From positions 36,452 through 100,451 of the forward strand of contig CAYNYL010000002.1 in NCBI GenBank assembly GCA_964401485.1: a DNA stretch of 64,000 bases. The letters are read 5' to 3'. The translations under genes and the position numbers were made by a program. The number at the start of each line of letters is the position of its first letter. Within the stretch, counting starts at the first letter, position 1. The notes beneath the pieces were generated by a model. The model saw only the letters and a program-made list of their open reading frames with translations, was not told where the DNA came from and ran no database searches. This DNA comes from an uncultured Gammaproteobacteria bacterium. GTDB lineage: Bacteria > Patescibacteriota > Patescibacteriia > UBA9934. Shown piece after piece: positions 1 to 9,068 of the stretch.

Positions 1-1280
1 ATATCGGGGTCACGAGTGTTCTTGTTCGCGAGATCGCGCGTTCCGCGGAAGAGCCGAAGAAATGGATTCGTGCCGTAATGGGGGTGAAGGCGATCGCGGT
101 TCCGATTACGGTCGCGGTGCTGTTCTTTGGACTTCCGATCGCTAATGCTATTTGGGCGGCATTTGGTGGGCACTTGGCATTCTCGCAAGAGATCATTGGG
201 CTCGTTCGGCTTACAACGCTTGTCGTCATCGCGGACTCGCTGTCGCTCGCGTTTTTCGGGGTTCTTCGGGGTGCGCGGAATCTTTCCGCGGAATCGCTTG
301 GAATCTTTATCGGGCAAACGCTTACGACGCTCGCAGGAGTTGCACTTATCCTTACGGGGAATGCAACACTCGAATCCCTGATTCTTGCGCTGATGGCGGG
401 AAGCGTTTGGAACATGCTTTTTTCAGGAGCGCTTGTTATTCGACGCTACGGAGTTGATAGCCTTGTGCCGGATTTTGTCATGGCGCGAAAAATGGCTCGG
501 CTTGCCGTCGCGTTTTTTGTCGCGGCGATTTTCGTCAAAATACTCGCATCGGTTGATAGCGTGTTTCTCCAGTTATTTCATGGCGAGGAGACAGTTGGCT
601 ATTATGCGGTTGCGTACAAGCTCACCTATGCATTCCAGTTCATTCCGCTCGTGTTTGTCGCTGCGCTGTATCCGGAGATGAGTGCCCTTGCAAATGATGA
701 TGAACGACTTGTTCGGACGACTGAGAAAGCGTTTTGGTACATGGGACTCGTTGCGTTTCCGATCGTGCTTGGAATCTTTTCGGTCGCGGACCAAATTATC
801 GCACTTTTTTATTCTGAGGCATTTCTTCCCGCCGTGCTTCCGCTCCAAATCATGATCTTTGTCCTCCTCTTTGTCTTTTTCGATTTTCCGCTCGGCTCAC
901 TCCTTAATGCCCGCCACCGCCAACGTCAAAAAACGCTTACAACGATTTTAACGGTTATCGTTAATATCATTTGTAACGTTCTTCTTATTCCAAAGTTCGG
1001 TGCTGTTGGAGCGAGTATCGCGGGAATCGTAAGTTTTTGGTTCATGTTTACGGCGGACTATCTTTTCGCGTCACGCGTCGTGCCGCTCCGGTTTTGGGTC
1101 TTTGGCGAACTATTTGTGCGAATTGGAGTACCGTCCATCGTGATGGCGATTGTTGTTCTTCTCGTAAAACATGCTGTGCCAATCTATGTTTCTGTGCCGA
1201 TTGGAGCGATTACATTTCTCATTGGAATCGTGTTGAGCGGGGGATTAAAAAAGGCAGATCTTGTGCGCTATGTTAAGTAG
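1..1280 (+). CDS. Polysaccharide/oligosaccharide flippase (MOP superfamily, Wzx/MurJ-like), 5' end truncated by window edge
   Basis: Frame open from base 3 with no upstream stop; ~12 predicted TM helices throughout; typical flippase composition; followed by three glycosyltransferases and a Wzy-like gene. Confidence 0.6.
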   Translation, partial: IGVTSVLVREIARSAEEPKKWIRAVMGVKAIAVPITVAVLFFGLPIANAIWAAFGGHLAFSQEIIGLVRLTTLVVIADSLSLAFFGVLRGARNLSAESLGIFIGQTLTTLAGVALILTGNATLESLILALMAGSVWNMLFSGALVIRRYGVDSLVPDFVMARKMARLAVAFFVAAIFVKILASVDSVFLQLFHGEETVGYYAVAYKLTYAFQFIPLVFVAALYPEMSALANDDERLVRTTEKAFWYMGLVAFPIVLGIFSVADQIIALFYSEAFLPAVLPLQIMIFVLLFVFFDFPLGSLLNARHRQRQKTLTTILTVIVNIICNVLLIPKFGAVGASIAGIVSFWFMFTADYLFASRVVPLRFWVFGELFVRIGVPSIVMAIVVLLVKHAVPIYVSVPIGAITFLIGIVLSGGLKKADLVRYVK

Positions 1281-2280
1281 AAAGACGCCACTTTTTCTTA
1301 CGTTTGAGTACCCGCCGGATAAGGGTGGGGTGGGGATGTATGTGGCGATGTTTAAGGAGGCGATTCCTGAGGCGATGGTTGAGCGTCTCGTACCGGGAAG
1401 GCGCTTTTTCTCGTACGCGATTCAAGTTGCAAGAAAGGCTCGAAGAGCAAGTATCGTGGTCTCACAGGGCGTGTTTCCGCTTGGAACCGTAGCATTACTT
1501 TTTCGGTTGCTGTTGCGGATTGAATTTGCGCTTGTATATCACGGAAATGATTTTGATCAAGCGCGAAGGAGTTATTGGCGACGGGCGTTGATGCGTTTTA
1601 TTACGAAACGGGCGAAAGTGGTTGTCGCAAATTCTCAGGCGCTCCGCGAGGAGCTCGAGGCATATTTTGGTCGACCGGTCATCGCGATCCTTCCATGCCT
1701 TTCTTCGGAACTCCTAGCGATTCAACCTAAGCACACAGAAGGCTCTACTGTGCGTCTTCTCTCGATTGCGCGTCTCGTCCCTCGGAAAGGTATTCTCGAG
1801 GTCCTCAAGGCGATTAGAAGTGTCGAAGGGGTTTTGTATACGATTTGCGGTGAGGGACCGGAACTTGAACGTCTCATGCGGTATGTAGCGGACCAGGGGC
1901 TAGAGAAGCGTGTCCGTTTTGTTCGAGCCGGGACCGCGGTCGAAAAAGCGAGGCTTTACAACGATTCGGATATTTTTGTTCTTCCGACAAGGCTTTCGAC
2001 GACGGATCGAGAAGGTTTTGGGATTGTCTATCTTGAGGCGGGGTATTTCGGTCTTCCGTCGATTGCGACAAGGACGAAGGGGGTCGACGAGGCGGTAATT
2101 GACGAAGAAACCGGGATTCTTGTAGATGAGTCAACGCAGGCGATTGTCGAGGCGATTCGTCGTCTAGCGGGTGATGAATTGCTTCGTAGGCGCCTTGGCG
2201 AGATGGCCCATGCCCGGGTCCTTCAGGCCTTTCTACCCGAGCATCGAATTGAACTGATCCGCTCTCTTTTCTATGTCTGA
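1261..2280 (+). CDS. Glycosyltransferase family 4 (GT-B, retaining)
   Basis: C-terminal EGFGIVYLEAGYFGLPSIATRTKGVDEAV (E-x7-E GT4 signature); 20-bp overlap with upstream flippase. Confidence 0.8.
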   Translation: MCAMLSRKTPLFLTFEYPPDKGGVGMYVAMFKEAIPEAMVERLVPGRRFFSYAIQVARKARRASIVVSQGVFPLGTVALLFRLLLRIEFALVYHGNDFDQARRSYWRRALMRFITKRAKVVVANSQALREELEAYFGRPVIAILPCLSSELLAIQPKHTEGSTVRLLSIARLVPRKGILEVLKAIRSVEGVLYTICGEGPELERLMRYVADQGLEKRVRFVRAGTAVEKARLYNDSDIFVLPTRLSTTDREGFGIVYLEAGYFGLPSIATRTKGVDEAVIDEETGILVDESTQAIVEAIRRLAGDELLRRRLGEMAHARVLQAFLPEHRIELIRSLFYV

Positions 2281-2977
2281 TCGCATTTCTATTATCATTC
2301 CTTCATTCCAGCACGCAAAGTCACTCGATGCTTGCCTTGATTCGATTTGCTCACAAACGCACCAAGAGATTGAAACAATTGTTGTTGACGATGGTTCGAC
2401 CGATGATACAGAGGCGGTGGTTCGGCGCTATGCGGACGTGCGCTATGTGTGGCAAGAGAATCAGGGGGCAAATAGTGCGCGAAATCATGGAGCGAAGCTT
2501 GCGACCGGCGACTACCTCATCTTTTGCGATGCGGATGTGATTATGAAGGAGACGATGCTTAGCGAGCTTCTTACCGCGCTTAAGCGGACCCCGAAGGCAG
2601 ACTTCGCCTACAGCGCCTTCCGCTTTGGGTTTAAGCTGTTCCGAGGCGTGCCGTTTGACATAGAAACGTTGAGGCAAATGAACTATATTCATACAACGGC
2701 GCTTATTCGCCGATCAGCATTTCCGGGATTTGACCCAGCGATTAAACGACTCCAAGATTGGGACCTGTGGCTCACGATGGTTGAGCGAGGATCGGTTGGC
2801 ATCCTTGTGCCCGAAACCCTCTTTGAGGTAAAGATTGATGGTCCTTCCCGAATTGGCTCGTCTTGGCTTCCGAAGGTGCTCTACCGGCTTCCTTGGAAGC
2901 GCTCGTTTTGGATGCCGAGGCCGATTCGTCGATACTATGAAGCGAGGGAGGCTATCGCGAAAAAACATCGTCTATGA
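2273..2977 (+). CDS. Glycosyltransferase family 2
   Basis: ISIIIPSFQHAKSLDACLDSICSQT...IVVDDGSTDDT (GT2 N-terminal DxD region); overlaps neighbours by 8 and 4 bp. Confidence 0.8.
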   Translation: MSDRISIIIPSFQHAKSLDACLDSICSQTHQEIETIVVDDGSTDDTEAVVRRYADVRYVWQENQGANSARNHGAKLATGDYLIFCDADVIMKETMLSELLTALKRTPKADFAYSAFRFGFKLFRGVPFDIETLRQMNYIHTTALIRRSAFPGFDPAIKRLQDWDLWLTMVERGSVGILVPETLFEVKIDGPSRIGSSWLPKVLYRLPWKRSFWMPRPIRRYYEAREAIAKKHRL

Positions 2978-3816
2978 AACTTTCAATTGTCATTGTCACA
3001 TTTCGTGAAAATAGGGAGGTATTGCGGGCATGCTTTGATTCGGTAAAGCGCTCTACGCTTCGCGATCTTGAGGTGATTGTCGTAGATAACGGGGCAAGCG
3101 ACGAGACCCAGGCCCTTGTTCAAGAGTTTGGATTTCGTTATGTACGAAATTCGGAGAACAGAGGGTTTGCCTATGCGGTGAACCAGGGAATGAAGGTGAG
3201 CGTAGGTGAGTACGTACTTCTCCTTAATCCCGACACCGAGTTTGCACCTTCTGTTCTTGGGGCTATGTGTGAACGGCTTGATCGTGATACGGAAGTCGGG
3301 ATTGCGAGTTGTGTTATTCGCTATCCGGACGGCTCTCTCCAAGAAAGCATCCGCCGATTCCCGGGTGTCGCTGACCAGTTGCAGGTCATGCTTAAAATTC
3401 CGCACTTTATCGAGACAAAAGCGATGCGATCGTACATGATGCGTGATCTTGATCCGTTTGCAACACAGGACGTTGACTCGATCATGGGTGCGTTTATGTT
3501 TATTCGTCGCGAGGTGATCCGCACGGTTGGCTATTTTGATGAGCGGTACTTCATTTGGTTTGAAGAGGTTGATTACTGCAAGATGGCGCGAGATGCGGGG
3601 TTTGCGATTCGTCACTACGCTGATGTTGAGATCGTGCATCATAAAGGTCATTCGTTCTCGAAAATTGCCACGATCCGAAAGCAAAAATGGATTCGGACCA
3701 GTCTACGAAAGTATCTCCATAAGCATCATGGTCCGATTGTAGCGCTTTTGTTTTGGGTTCTTGCGCCGGTGTTTATTTTGCTCGGCTATCTCGTTGCCGT
3801 TATAAAACCACGTTAA
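2974..3816 (+). CDS. Glycosyltransferase family 2
   Basis: LSIVIVTFRENREVL...VIVVDNGASDET; C-terminal TM helix; ATGA-type overlap with upstream gene. Confidence 0.8.
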   Translation: MKLSIVIVTFRENREVLRACFDSVKRSTLRDLEVIVVDNGASDETQALVQEFGFRYVRNSENRGFAYAVNQGMKVSVGEYVLLLNPDTEFAPSVLGAMCERLDRDTEVGIASCVIRYPDGSLQESIRRFPGVADQLQVMLKIPHFIETKAMRSYMMRDLDPFATQDVDSIMGAFMFIRREVIRTVGYFDERYFIWFEEVDYCKMARDAGFAIRHYADVEIVHHKGHSFSKIATIRKQKWIRTSLRKYLHKHHGPIVALLFWVLAPVFILLGYLVAVIKPR

Positions 3817-3817
3817 T

Positions 3818-5422
3818 ATGCTTTTTGATCAATTTTTCTCTCGCTATACGGCACAGGCGGTCCTTGGATTTGTCGTTGTGACGCTTCTTGCGGTGCTTTG
3901 CTGGGCGGTTCCTGCGCTCGCGCTTCCTGCGCTCGTTGTTCTTACCGGAGTAACGCTCTACGCGACGTACCGATCGCTCGAGTATGGGCTACTTATTGCG
4001 TTTTTTGAAATCATCATTGGTGGTCATGGACGACTCATATCGGCGGATCTTTTTGGGTTCTCACTGTCGCTTCGGATGGCGATCTTTGGGGCGGTGTTGC
4101 TTGGGTTCTTCTACGGTTGGTATCGAGGTGTCTACACACCAAAGTGGATCTTTTCTCGAGATAGTGGGCTTGTTCTTTTGCTCGTTGCTGTGGGAATCGG
4201 TTCGCTCGTCGGGTTTTTACGAAATGATCCGTTATCTGCGTTTGATGATGCAAATAGCTACAGCGTACTTCTTTACGCGCTTCCGTTTTCCGCACTAGCG
4301 GTAACTCAGCAGGTAAAGCGCCGGTTTCTTCAAGTGCTTGTGCTTGGGGCGCTTATTCTCTCGTTTAGTTCCGCAGTGCTTTCTTATACGTTTACGCACC
4401 TCGACGGAGATTTTCTCGACATTGTCTATCGATTTGTACGAGATTCAAGGTTGTACGAGGTGACGCTTCAACTTGTTCGCGAAACGCCGGCGGGCCGATT
4501 TGAGGCTCTTGTGGCGAAGTTCTTCCCAGTGCAAACGTATTGGTATCGAATCTTTGGCGCCTCCCAGTTCTACTCGGTGGTGATGCTCCTCCTTCTTGCG
4601 GCACTCGGGTTTTTTGCTTACGTAAAGCAACGTACTCCACCTCTGTTTTATGTTTTTTTTGGGACGGTGGCGTTTGCGTTCCTCCTTGCAATGTCGCGGA
4701 GTTTTCTTATCGGGCTCGGCGTGGCTGGATTGGCGCTTTTAGGAATCGCTCTATTTTCAGCGAGACGTACGTCAGCATTCTTTCGCATAGGGCCGTTTGT
4801 ACTCGCTGGTGCGGGAGCTATTCTCGCGATCGTGATTTCGGTACAGATTCCGCTTCCACCGAATCCACCGATTGAGGGGGCAGCGTTCTATTCCACGTCG
4901 AAGGATACCGTGCGTAGTATGGCGGTCGCTTCAAGGTGGCAGATGCTTGACCCGCTTCTTGCTGAAATAAAAAAATCCCCCTTAATCGGGGCGGGATTTG
5001 GAAAAACGATCACCTATCAAAGCTCGGATCCGCGGGTAATTGCTGAAACGGGCGGGGGGCTCTACACCACCTATCGGTTCGAGTGGGGGTATCTCGATTT
5101 GTTGTTAAAAATGGGGGTTCTCGGAATTATCGCATTCCTCGTCTACGCGTGGTACTTTGTGAAGGCTGGTCTCTACACGGCAAGAAAGCACGGATACGAT
5201 TGGATTGTCTACGGACTTCTTGCTTCGGTTCTCAGTCTCTTTGTAATCAACGTCTTTACCCCGTATCTTAATCATCCAGTTGGACTCTACTTCCTTCTCG
5301 TCGCACCGTTATTTTTCGACTACGAGGGATTCGAATTAACCCGTAATGCGAAGCTCGCCCCGCAACCCGCGAATGTAGTCGACCGCCGACATCGGCTTTT
5401 TGCCCGCTGGTTGAAGGGATAG
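3818..5422 (+). CDS. O-antigen ligase / Wzy-like polymerase family membrane protein
   Basis: 534 aa, >10 TM helices, a large periplasmic loop near the C-terminus, position at end of glycosyltransferase cluster; 3' end overlaps convergent fmt by 87 bp. Confidence 0.55.
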   Translation: MLFDQFFSRYTAQAVLGFVVVTLLAVLCWAVPALALPALVVLTGVTLYATYRSLEYGLLIAFFEIIIGGHGRLISADLFGFSLSLRMAIFGAVLLGFFYGWYRGVYTPKWIFSRDSGLVLLLVAVGIGSLVGFLRNDPLSAFDDANSYSVLLYALPFSALAVTQQVKRRFLQVLVLGALILSFSSAVLSYTFTHLDGDFLDIVYRFVRDSRLYEVTLQLVRETPAGRFEALVAKFFPVQTYWYRIFGASQFYSVVMLLLLAALGFFAYVKQRTPPLFYVFFGTVAFAFLLAMSRSFLIGLGVAGLALLGIALFSARRTSAFFRIGPFVLAGAGAILAIVISVQIPLPPNPPIEGAAFYSTSKDTVRSMAVASRWQMLDPLLAEIKKSPLIGAGFGKTITYQSSDPRVIAETGGGLYTTYRFEWGYLDLLLKMGVLGIIAFLVYAWYFVKAGLYTARKHGYDWIVYGLLASVLSLFVINVFTPYLNHPVGLYFLLVAPLFFDYEGFELTRNAKLAPQPANVVDRRHRLFARWLKG

Positions 5423-6259
5423 GATCTCAAGTGTTCCATTTCCCGTGCCCACAAGAAGACGTCCGTTCAATGTCGAGACCGTTTTGAACGCGAGCGGTTC
5501 GTTGACGGGTCGTGTTTCTAAAATCTTTGTTTGTATCTCGTTAAAAAACGTGTAGGTTCCCGGGAAAGGAATAAAAGCGCGTTGCTTTGCGTTAATCTCT
5601 TTAGCGGTCGCTGACCAATCGATGAGCCCATCGGCCTTTTTCAGAAGTGGGCAGAACGTTGCAAGGTCATGGTCTTGTTCAACGGGCGTGAGGTTCTTCG
5701 CGACGTAAGCGTCAAGTGTTTCAAGAAGAAGGGCGGGTCCACGCTCCATTACGATACGCTCAAGATCCGGAGTGGTGATGGTTTCAGAAAGGGAAACCGG
5801 CTCAGAGCGAAGAATTGGACCGTGGTCCATTTTTTCGTCCATGAGCATGATTGAAATCGCTGTTTCCGTATCCTGTTGTAGGATTGCCCATTGCATTGGA
5901 GATGGCCCGCGGTGTCTTGGAAGTTTTGAAGGGTGCACATTGATCGCTCCGTTTTTCGCGAGCGAGAGGATTGCTTTTGGGATGATGAGTCCATACGCAA
6001 AAACGACGAATAGATCGGCGCTCGCTTTTTTAAGTACTTCTTCGGCGTAGGCGTCTTTAAGAGTCGTTCCTTCGAAAACAGGGATCCCGTGTTTTAACGC
6101 GCAGGACTTTACTGGCGAATCTTCGAGGATACCGTGGCGTCCTTTTGGTTTGCTTGCTTGCGTAACGACAAGAACGACGTTGAATTTTGGATCGAGGACC
6201 AATGCCTCAAGAAAGGGGACAGAAAGCGTCGGTGTTCCAAAGAAGACGACGTTTGTCAT
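5336..6259 (-). CDS. fmt: Methionyl-tRNA formyltransferase
   Basis: N-terminal MTNVVFFGTP, formyltransferase fold motifs (HPSKLPRHRG, SLLP), 307 aa; conserved def-fmt arrangement. Confidence 0.9.
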   Translation of the reverse strand: MTNVVFFGTPTLSVPFLEALVLDPKFNVVLVVTQASKPKGRHGILEDSPVKSCALKHGIPVFEGTTLKDAYAEEVLKKASADLFVVFAYGLIIPKAILSLAKNGAINVHPSKLPRHRGPSPMQWAILQQDTETAISIMLMDEKMDHGPILRSEPVSLSETITTPDLERIVMERGPALLLETLDAYVAKNLTPVEQDHDLATFCPLLKKADGLIDWSATAKEINAKQRAFIPFPGTYTFFNEIQTKILETRPVNEPLAFKTVSTLNGRLLVGTGNGTLEILSLQPAGKKPMSAVDYIRGLRGELRITG

Positions 6260-6747
6260 AGGATGGACTCTTCTTTTTCTTTTGTGAGCTCGTGGAGACT
6301 GTGTGCTCGGTCGATGAAAAGAACGCCATCGAGGTGGTCGATTTCATGTTGAAAGATAACGGAGAGAAGGCCGCCTGTTTTGATTGTTTCTTCTTCGCCC
6401 TTTTCGTTTAAAACTGAAACGGTGATTGCTTTATGGCGTTTTACAACACCAAAGATTCCTGGGACTGAGAGACAGCCTTCCTCACTGTCAACGAGTTTCT
6501 CGGAACGTTTTGTGATAACCGGGTTAAAATACCCCTTCACTCCACGCGGGGTTTGCGCGACGATGAGGCGGATTTTTTGGTTGATTTGTGGGGCGGCGAG
6601 TCCAACGCCGTTTTCGAGCTTCATTGTCTCTTTCATGTCCGCGACAAGGGCGCGCATTTCGTCGCTCGTAATTTCGGTAACTGAAAGTGGGCGAGAAACC
6701 TCGCGAAGTTCTGGATCCGGATTGTGGAGTACGCGTCTACGTGTCAT
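6256..6747 (-). CDS. def: Peptide deformylase
   Basis: Motifs GVGLAAPQ, EGCLSVPG, HEIDHLDG; 163 aa; 4-bp overlap with fmt. Confidence 0.92.
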   Translation of the reverse strand: MTRRRVLHNPDPELREVSRPLSVTEITSDEMRALVADMKETMKLENGVGLAAPQINQKIRLIVAQTPRGVKGYFNPVITKRSEKLVDSEEGCLSVPGIFGVVKRHKAITVSVLNEKGEEETIKTGGLLSVIFQHEIDHLDGVLFIDRAHSLHELTKEKEESIL

Positions 6748-8278
6748 AGGTTGAAAGTTGGGATTCGATAATATAGGAATCGTCGAGTGTGAATAGATGG
6801 TCTCGGAGTCGCTCTTCGTTTTCCTGGTTGATTGTAATCGTTGTTACGTTATTTGTCGTCAGCGAATCAAAGGGCACCTCGATTGCTGGAGTCACTGTGT
6901 AGGTTTGGTTGAATGGGATTTGTTTGTAGCGTTCGCGCGTGAGGCGGAGATCATTGAGAAAAGCGTCCGTCTCAAGCATGGTAAGAAAATAGGTCGGATT
7001 GTAGGTTTGAAGAATGCATGGAGCATTCTGTGACCTAGCGAATGCCGTGATTTGATAGAGCCGTCTCGCTCGTTCTTCCGTACTCGTTACCTCGACATTT
7101 TGAAGGCCAAGATCTGGAAAAATGTCGACAACGAGGTCGGCATATTTTCGAAATGGTACGAACGCTTGCTTTAGGGTGATATCTGTCGCGAGGATGAGTG
7201 GCCGGGAAGACTCGCTCTTTTTTTCGCTTAGCTCGCCAATCATCGTTTTACCAAAGCGCGCTTCGAGTGCTTTAAGGACCGTGGCGCTTGCTTTTTCCGT
7301 CGTCGAATCTTGGTTACGGTTGAGGAAATATAGCACGGTTTTTCCGCTTTGTAAAGCCATATCTGTTTCCTCGAGGACCGTTTCCGAGAGAAGGGGGTGT
7401 GTCGTTTTTTGTGCCGTTTCTTTGAGGTTTACGATTCGAACAGGAGGAGGGGATTGGAGGCATGGGTTTAACGAGAGAAGCGGAGGGAAGGTGTCCGATT
7501 CGATAACACGAGTTTTTGAATTCTTCATAAGCGCAGCGACGAGCGGGGCAAGAAAGCGGGGGTTACGCTCAAGGAATTCGTAATCGGAACTCGTGCGTTC
7601 GAGTACGAGGACAAACTTGGCTCCAGCGGTAGGGAGAAGGCTTCCAAGTCGCGTTGCGACAAGCCCGCCTTTACCACTTGTTTGCCAGTGCATGATTGTT
7701 TCACGCTTTTTTAATTTGGGTGTTTTTGATGTGAGAACGGGAACTCCAAGCGACTGGGCGACCTGCTCCGCGAGACGCGGGTTGGGTACAATGATTAATG
7801 TTTTCCCTTTTTTGATCGCTTGGAAGGCGAGGGCGATTTGACCTTCGAGAGAAAGCTGTGCGAAGTCAATGTTCGTATCGCGAAGAGTTTTCGTTACCAC
7901 CTCTGCATCATTTTTATTAAGTGTAAGATTGCGATGGGCGGGAGTTTGAACAATGCTACCGCGTTTTACAGCGCCAAAGTCATGGAGAAGAAAATAGTAA
8001 AGTTGTGACGGGGTTGTGATAATCGACCGCGCAACTTTGTCGATTCGTTCGAGGTCGTGAGTGTTATAAAAATTTGTCACTACGGAGGCGTGAATTTTTG
8101 AAAGACGTTTAACCGAGCTTGTTTTTGCAATTCTTCGTACAACTCCAAGTACTTCTTGACCGCGGAAAGGAATGGCTACAAGGTCTCCCGCCTTAACGTC
8201 GAGCTCTTCAGGAATGGAGTAATCAAAAACATCGAACCTCCTTGGAAGTCGCAATACCGGATACACTTGGGCAATCAT
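6737..8278 (-). CDS. Primosomal protein N' (PriA)-like, helicase motifs degenerate
   Basis: N-terminal 3'-DNA-binding-type region (RFDVFDYSIP...GDLVAIPFRGQEVLGVV) typical of PriA; conserved priA-def-fmt gene order; but Walker A reads AIKKGKT and no clean DExH box, no C-terminal Cys cluster; 513 aa (short). Confidence 0.5.
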   Translation of the reverse strand: MIAQVYPVLRLPRRFDVFDYSIPEELDVKAGDLVAIPFRGQEVLGVVRRIAKTSSVKRLSKIHASVVTNFYNTHDLERIDKVARSIITTPSQLYYFLLHDFGAVKRGSIVQTPAHRNLTLNKNDAEVVTKTLRDTNIDFAQLSLEGQIALAFQAIKKGKTLIIVPNPRLAEQVAQSLGVPVLTSKTPKLKKRETIMHWQTSGKGGLVATRLGSLLPTAGAKFVLVLERTSSDYEFLERNPRFLAPLVAALMKNSKTRVIESDTFPPLLSLNPCLQSPPPVRIVNLKETAQKTTHPLLSETVLEETDMALQSGKTVLYFLNRNQDSTTEKASATVLKALEARFGKTMIGELSEKKSESSRPLILATDITLKQAFVPFRKYADLVVDIFPDLGLQNVEVTSTEERARRLYQITAFARSQNAPCILQTYNPTYFLTMLETDAFLNDLRLTRERYKQIPFNQTYTVTPAIEVPFDSLTTNNVTTITINQENEERLRDHLFTLDDSYIIESQLSTYDT

Positions 8279-8279
8279 A

Positions 8280-9068
8280 TTATTCCGGCATCAATGTCGC
8301 GACGAGGTAGCCAACGCCAACGGGCGCTTCGTAGGAGAGGATCGAGGTGGTTGTCGCAATGCCGTCGAGCGCTCCAAAGAGCATGAGCCATTGTCGGAAC
8401 GTGTGGTCCTCGGCTGTTTGGCGAATCGCGGGGTCGAAGGATAAGAGGCGCGCCGAGCTTCGTTCAACGAGAATTTCTTGCATGCTCGTATCAAAGATTG
8501 GGCCAGATTCGTGGAATCCGGAAGGGGATTCTTCTTTTACACGATGGGAAAGGTCGCCAGATGCGATAATCGCAATACGCTTGTTTGAATGGAAGAGAGC
8601 TTCTTGGAGCGCTTGACCGAAGAGAAAGTGCTCCTTGTCATCGAGTTCGCTGTAGGTAATCGGAAGAATTGGGACATTCGGAAGCGTTTTGACGATGTAG
8701 GACAGGGGAACGGCGCTCGCGTAGTGGAGTACATCGCTCGTGAGCGTGATGCGCGTTTCTTCGCGACGCAGCGAGCGCTGGACGCGGTCGGCGAGTGCAT
8801 GGTCCGCTTTAACAGTGAGCGGGTAGTCGAGTACTCCAAGCTCGGAAAGGTCGAAGCGAATTGGATCGTGTAGGTTGATTGAGAAGCTGTCCGAATAGAG
8901 GTACGGATGTTCGCTTAGTAGGACGATCGTATCAGGTCTTGCGGCGTAAAGTTCCCGCGAGAACTCCTGCATCGCTTCGGTTGTCTGTGAAACGGCATGC
9001 ATACCTTCCGGGTTTACTTGCGGAAGGAGGAGTGGGGAGTGGGGGGTGACGCCGGCGAAGACGATCAT
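8280..9068 (-). CDS. Class III extradiol ring-cleavage dioxygenase family protein (LigB/DODA/YgiD-like)
   Basis: 262 aa; MIVFAGVTPHSPLL, LLSEHP, ASGDLSHR motifs characteristic of the LigB/MEMO1 superfamily. Confidence 0.6.
   Translation of the reverse strand: MIVFAGVTPHSPLLLPQVNPEGMHAVSQTTEAMQEFSRELYAARPDTIVLLSEHPYLYSDSFSINLHDPIRFDLSELGVLDYPLTVKADHALADRVQRSLRREETRITLTSDVLHYASAVPLSYIVKTLPNVPILPITYSELDDKEHFLFGQALQEALFHSNKRIAIIASGDLSHRVKEESPSGFHESGPIFDTSMQEILVERSSARLLSFDPAIRQTAEDHTFRQWLMLFGALDGIATTTSILSYEAPVGVGYLVATLMPE

Noticed and set aside
2983-3684. 233-aa minus-strand ORF antisense to the second GT2 gene
   Set aside because: Arg/Ser/His-rich low-quality translation lying wholly inside a well-supported glycosyltransferase CDS; typical antisense shadow ORF.
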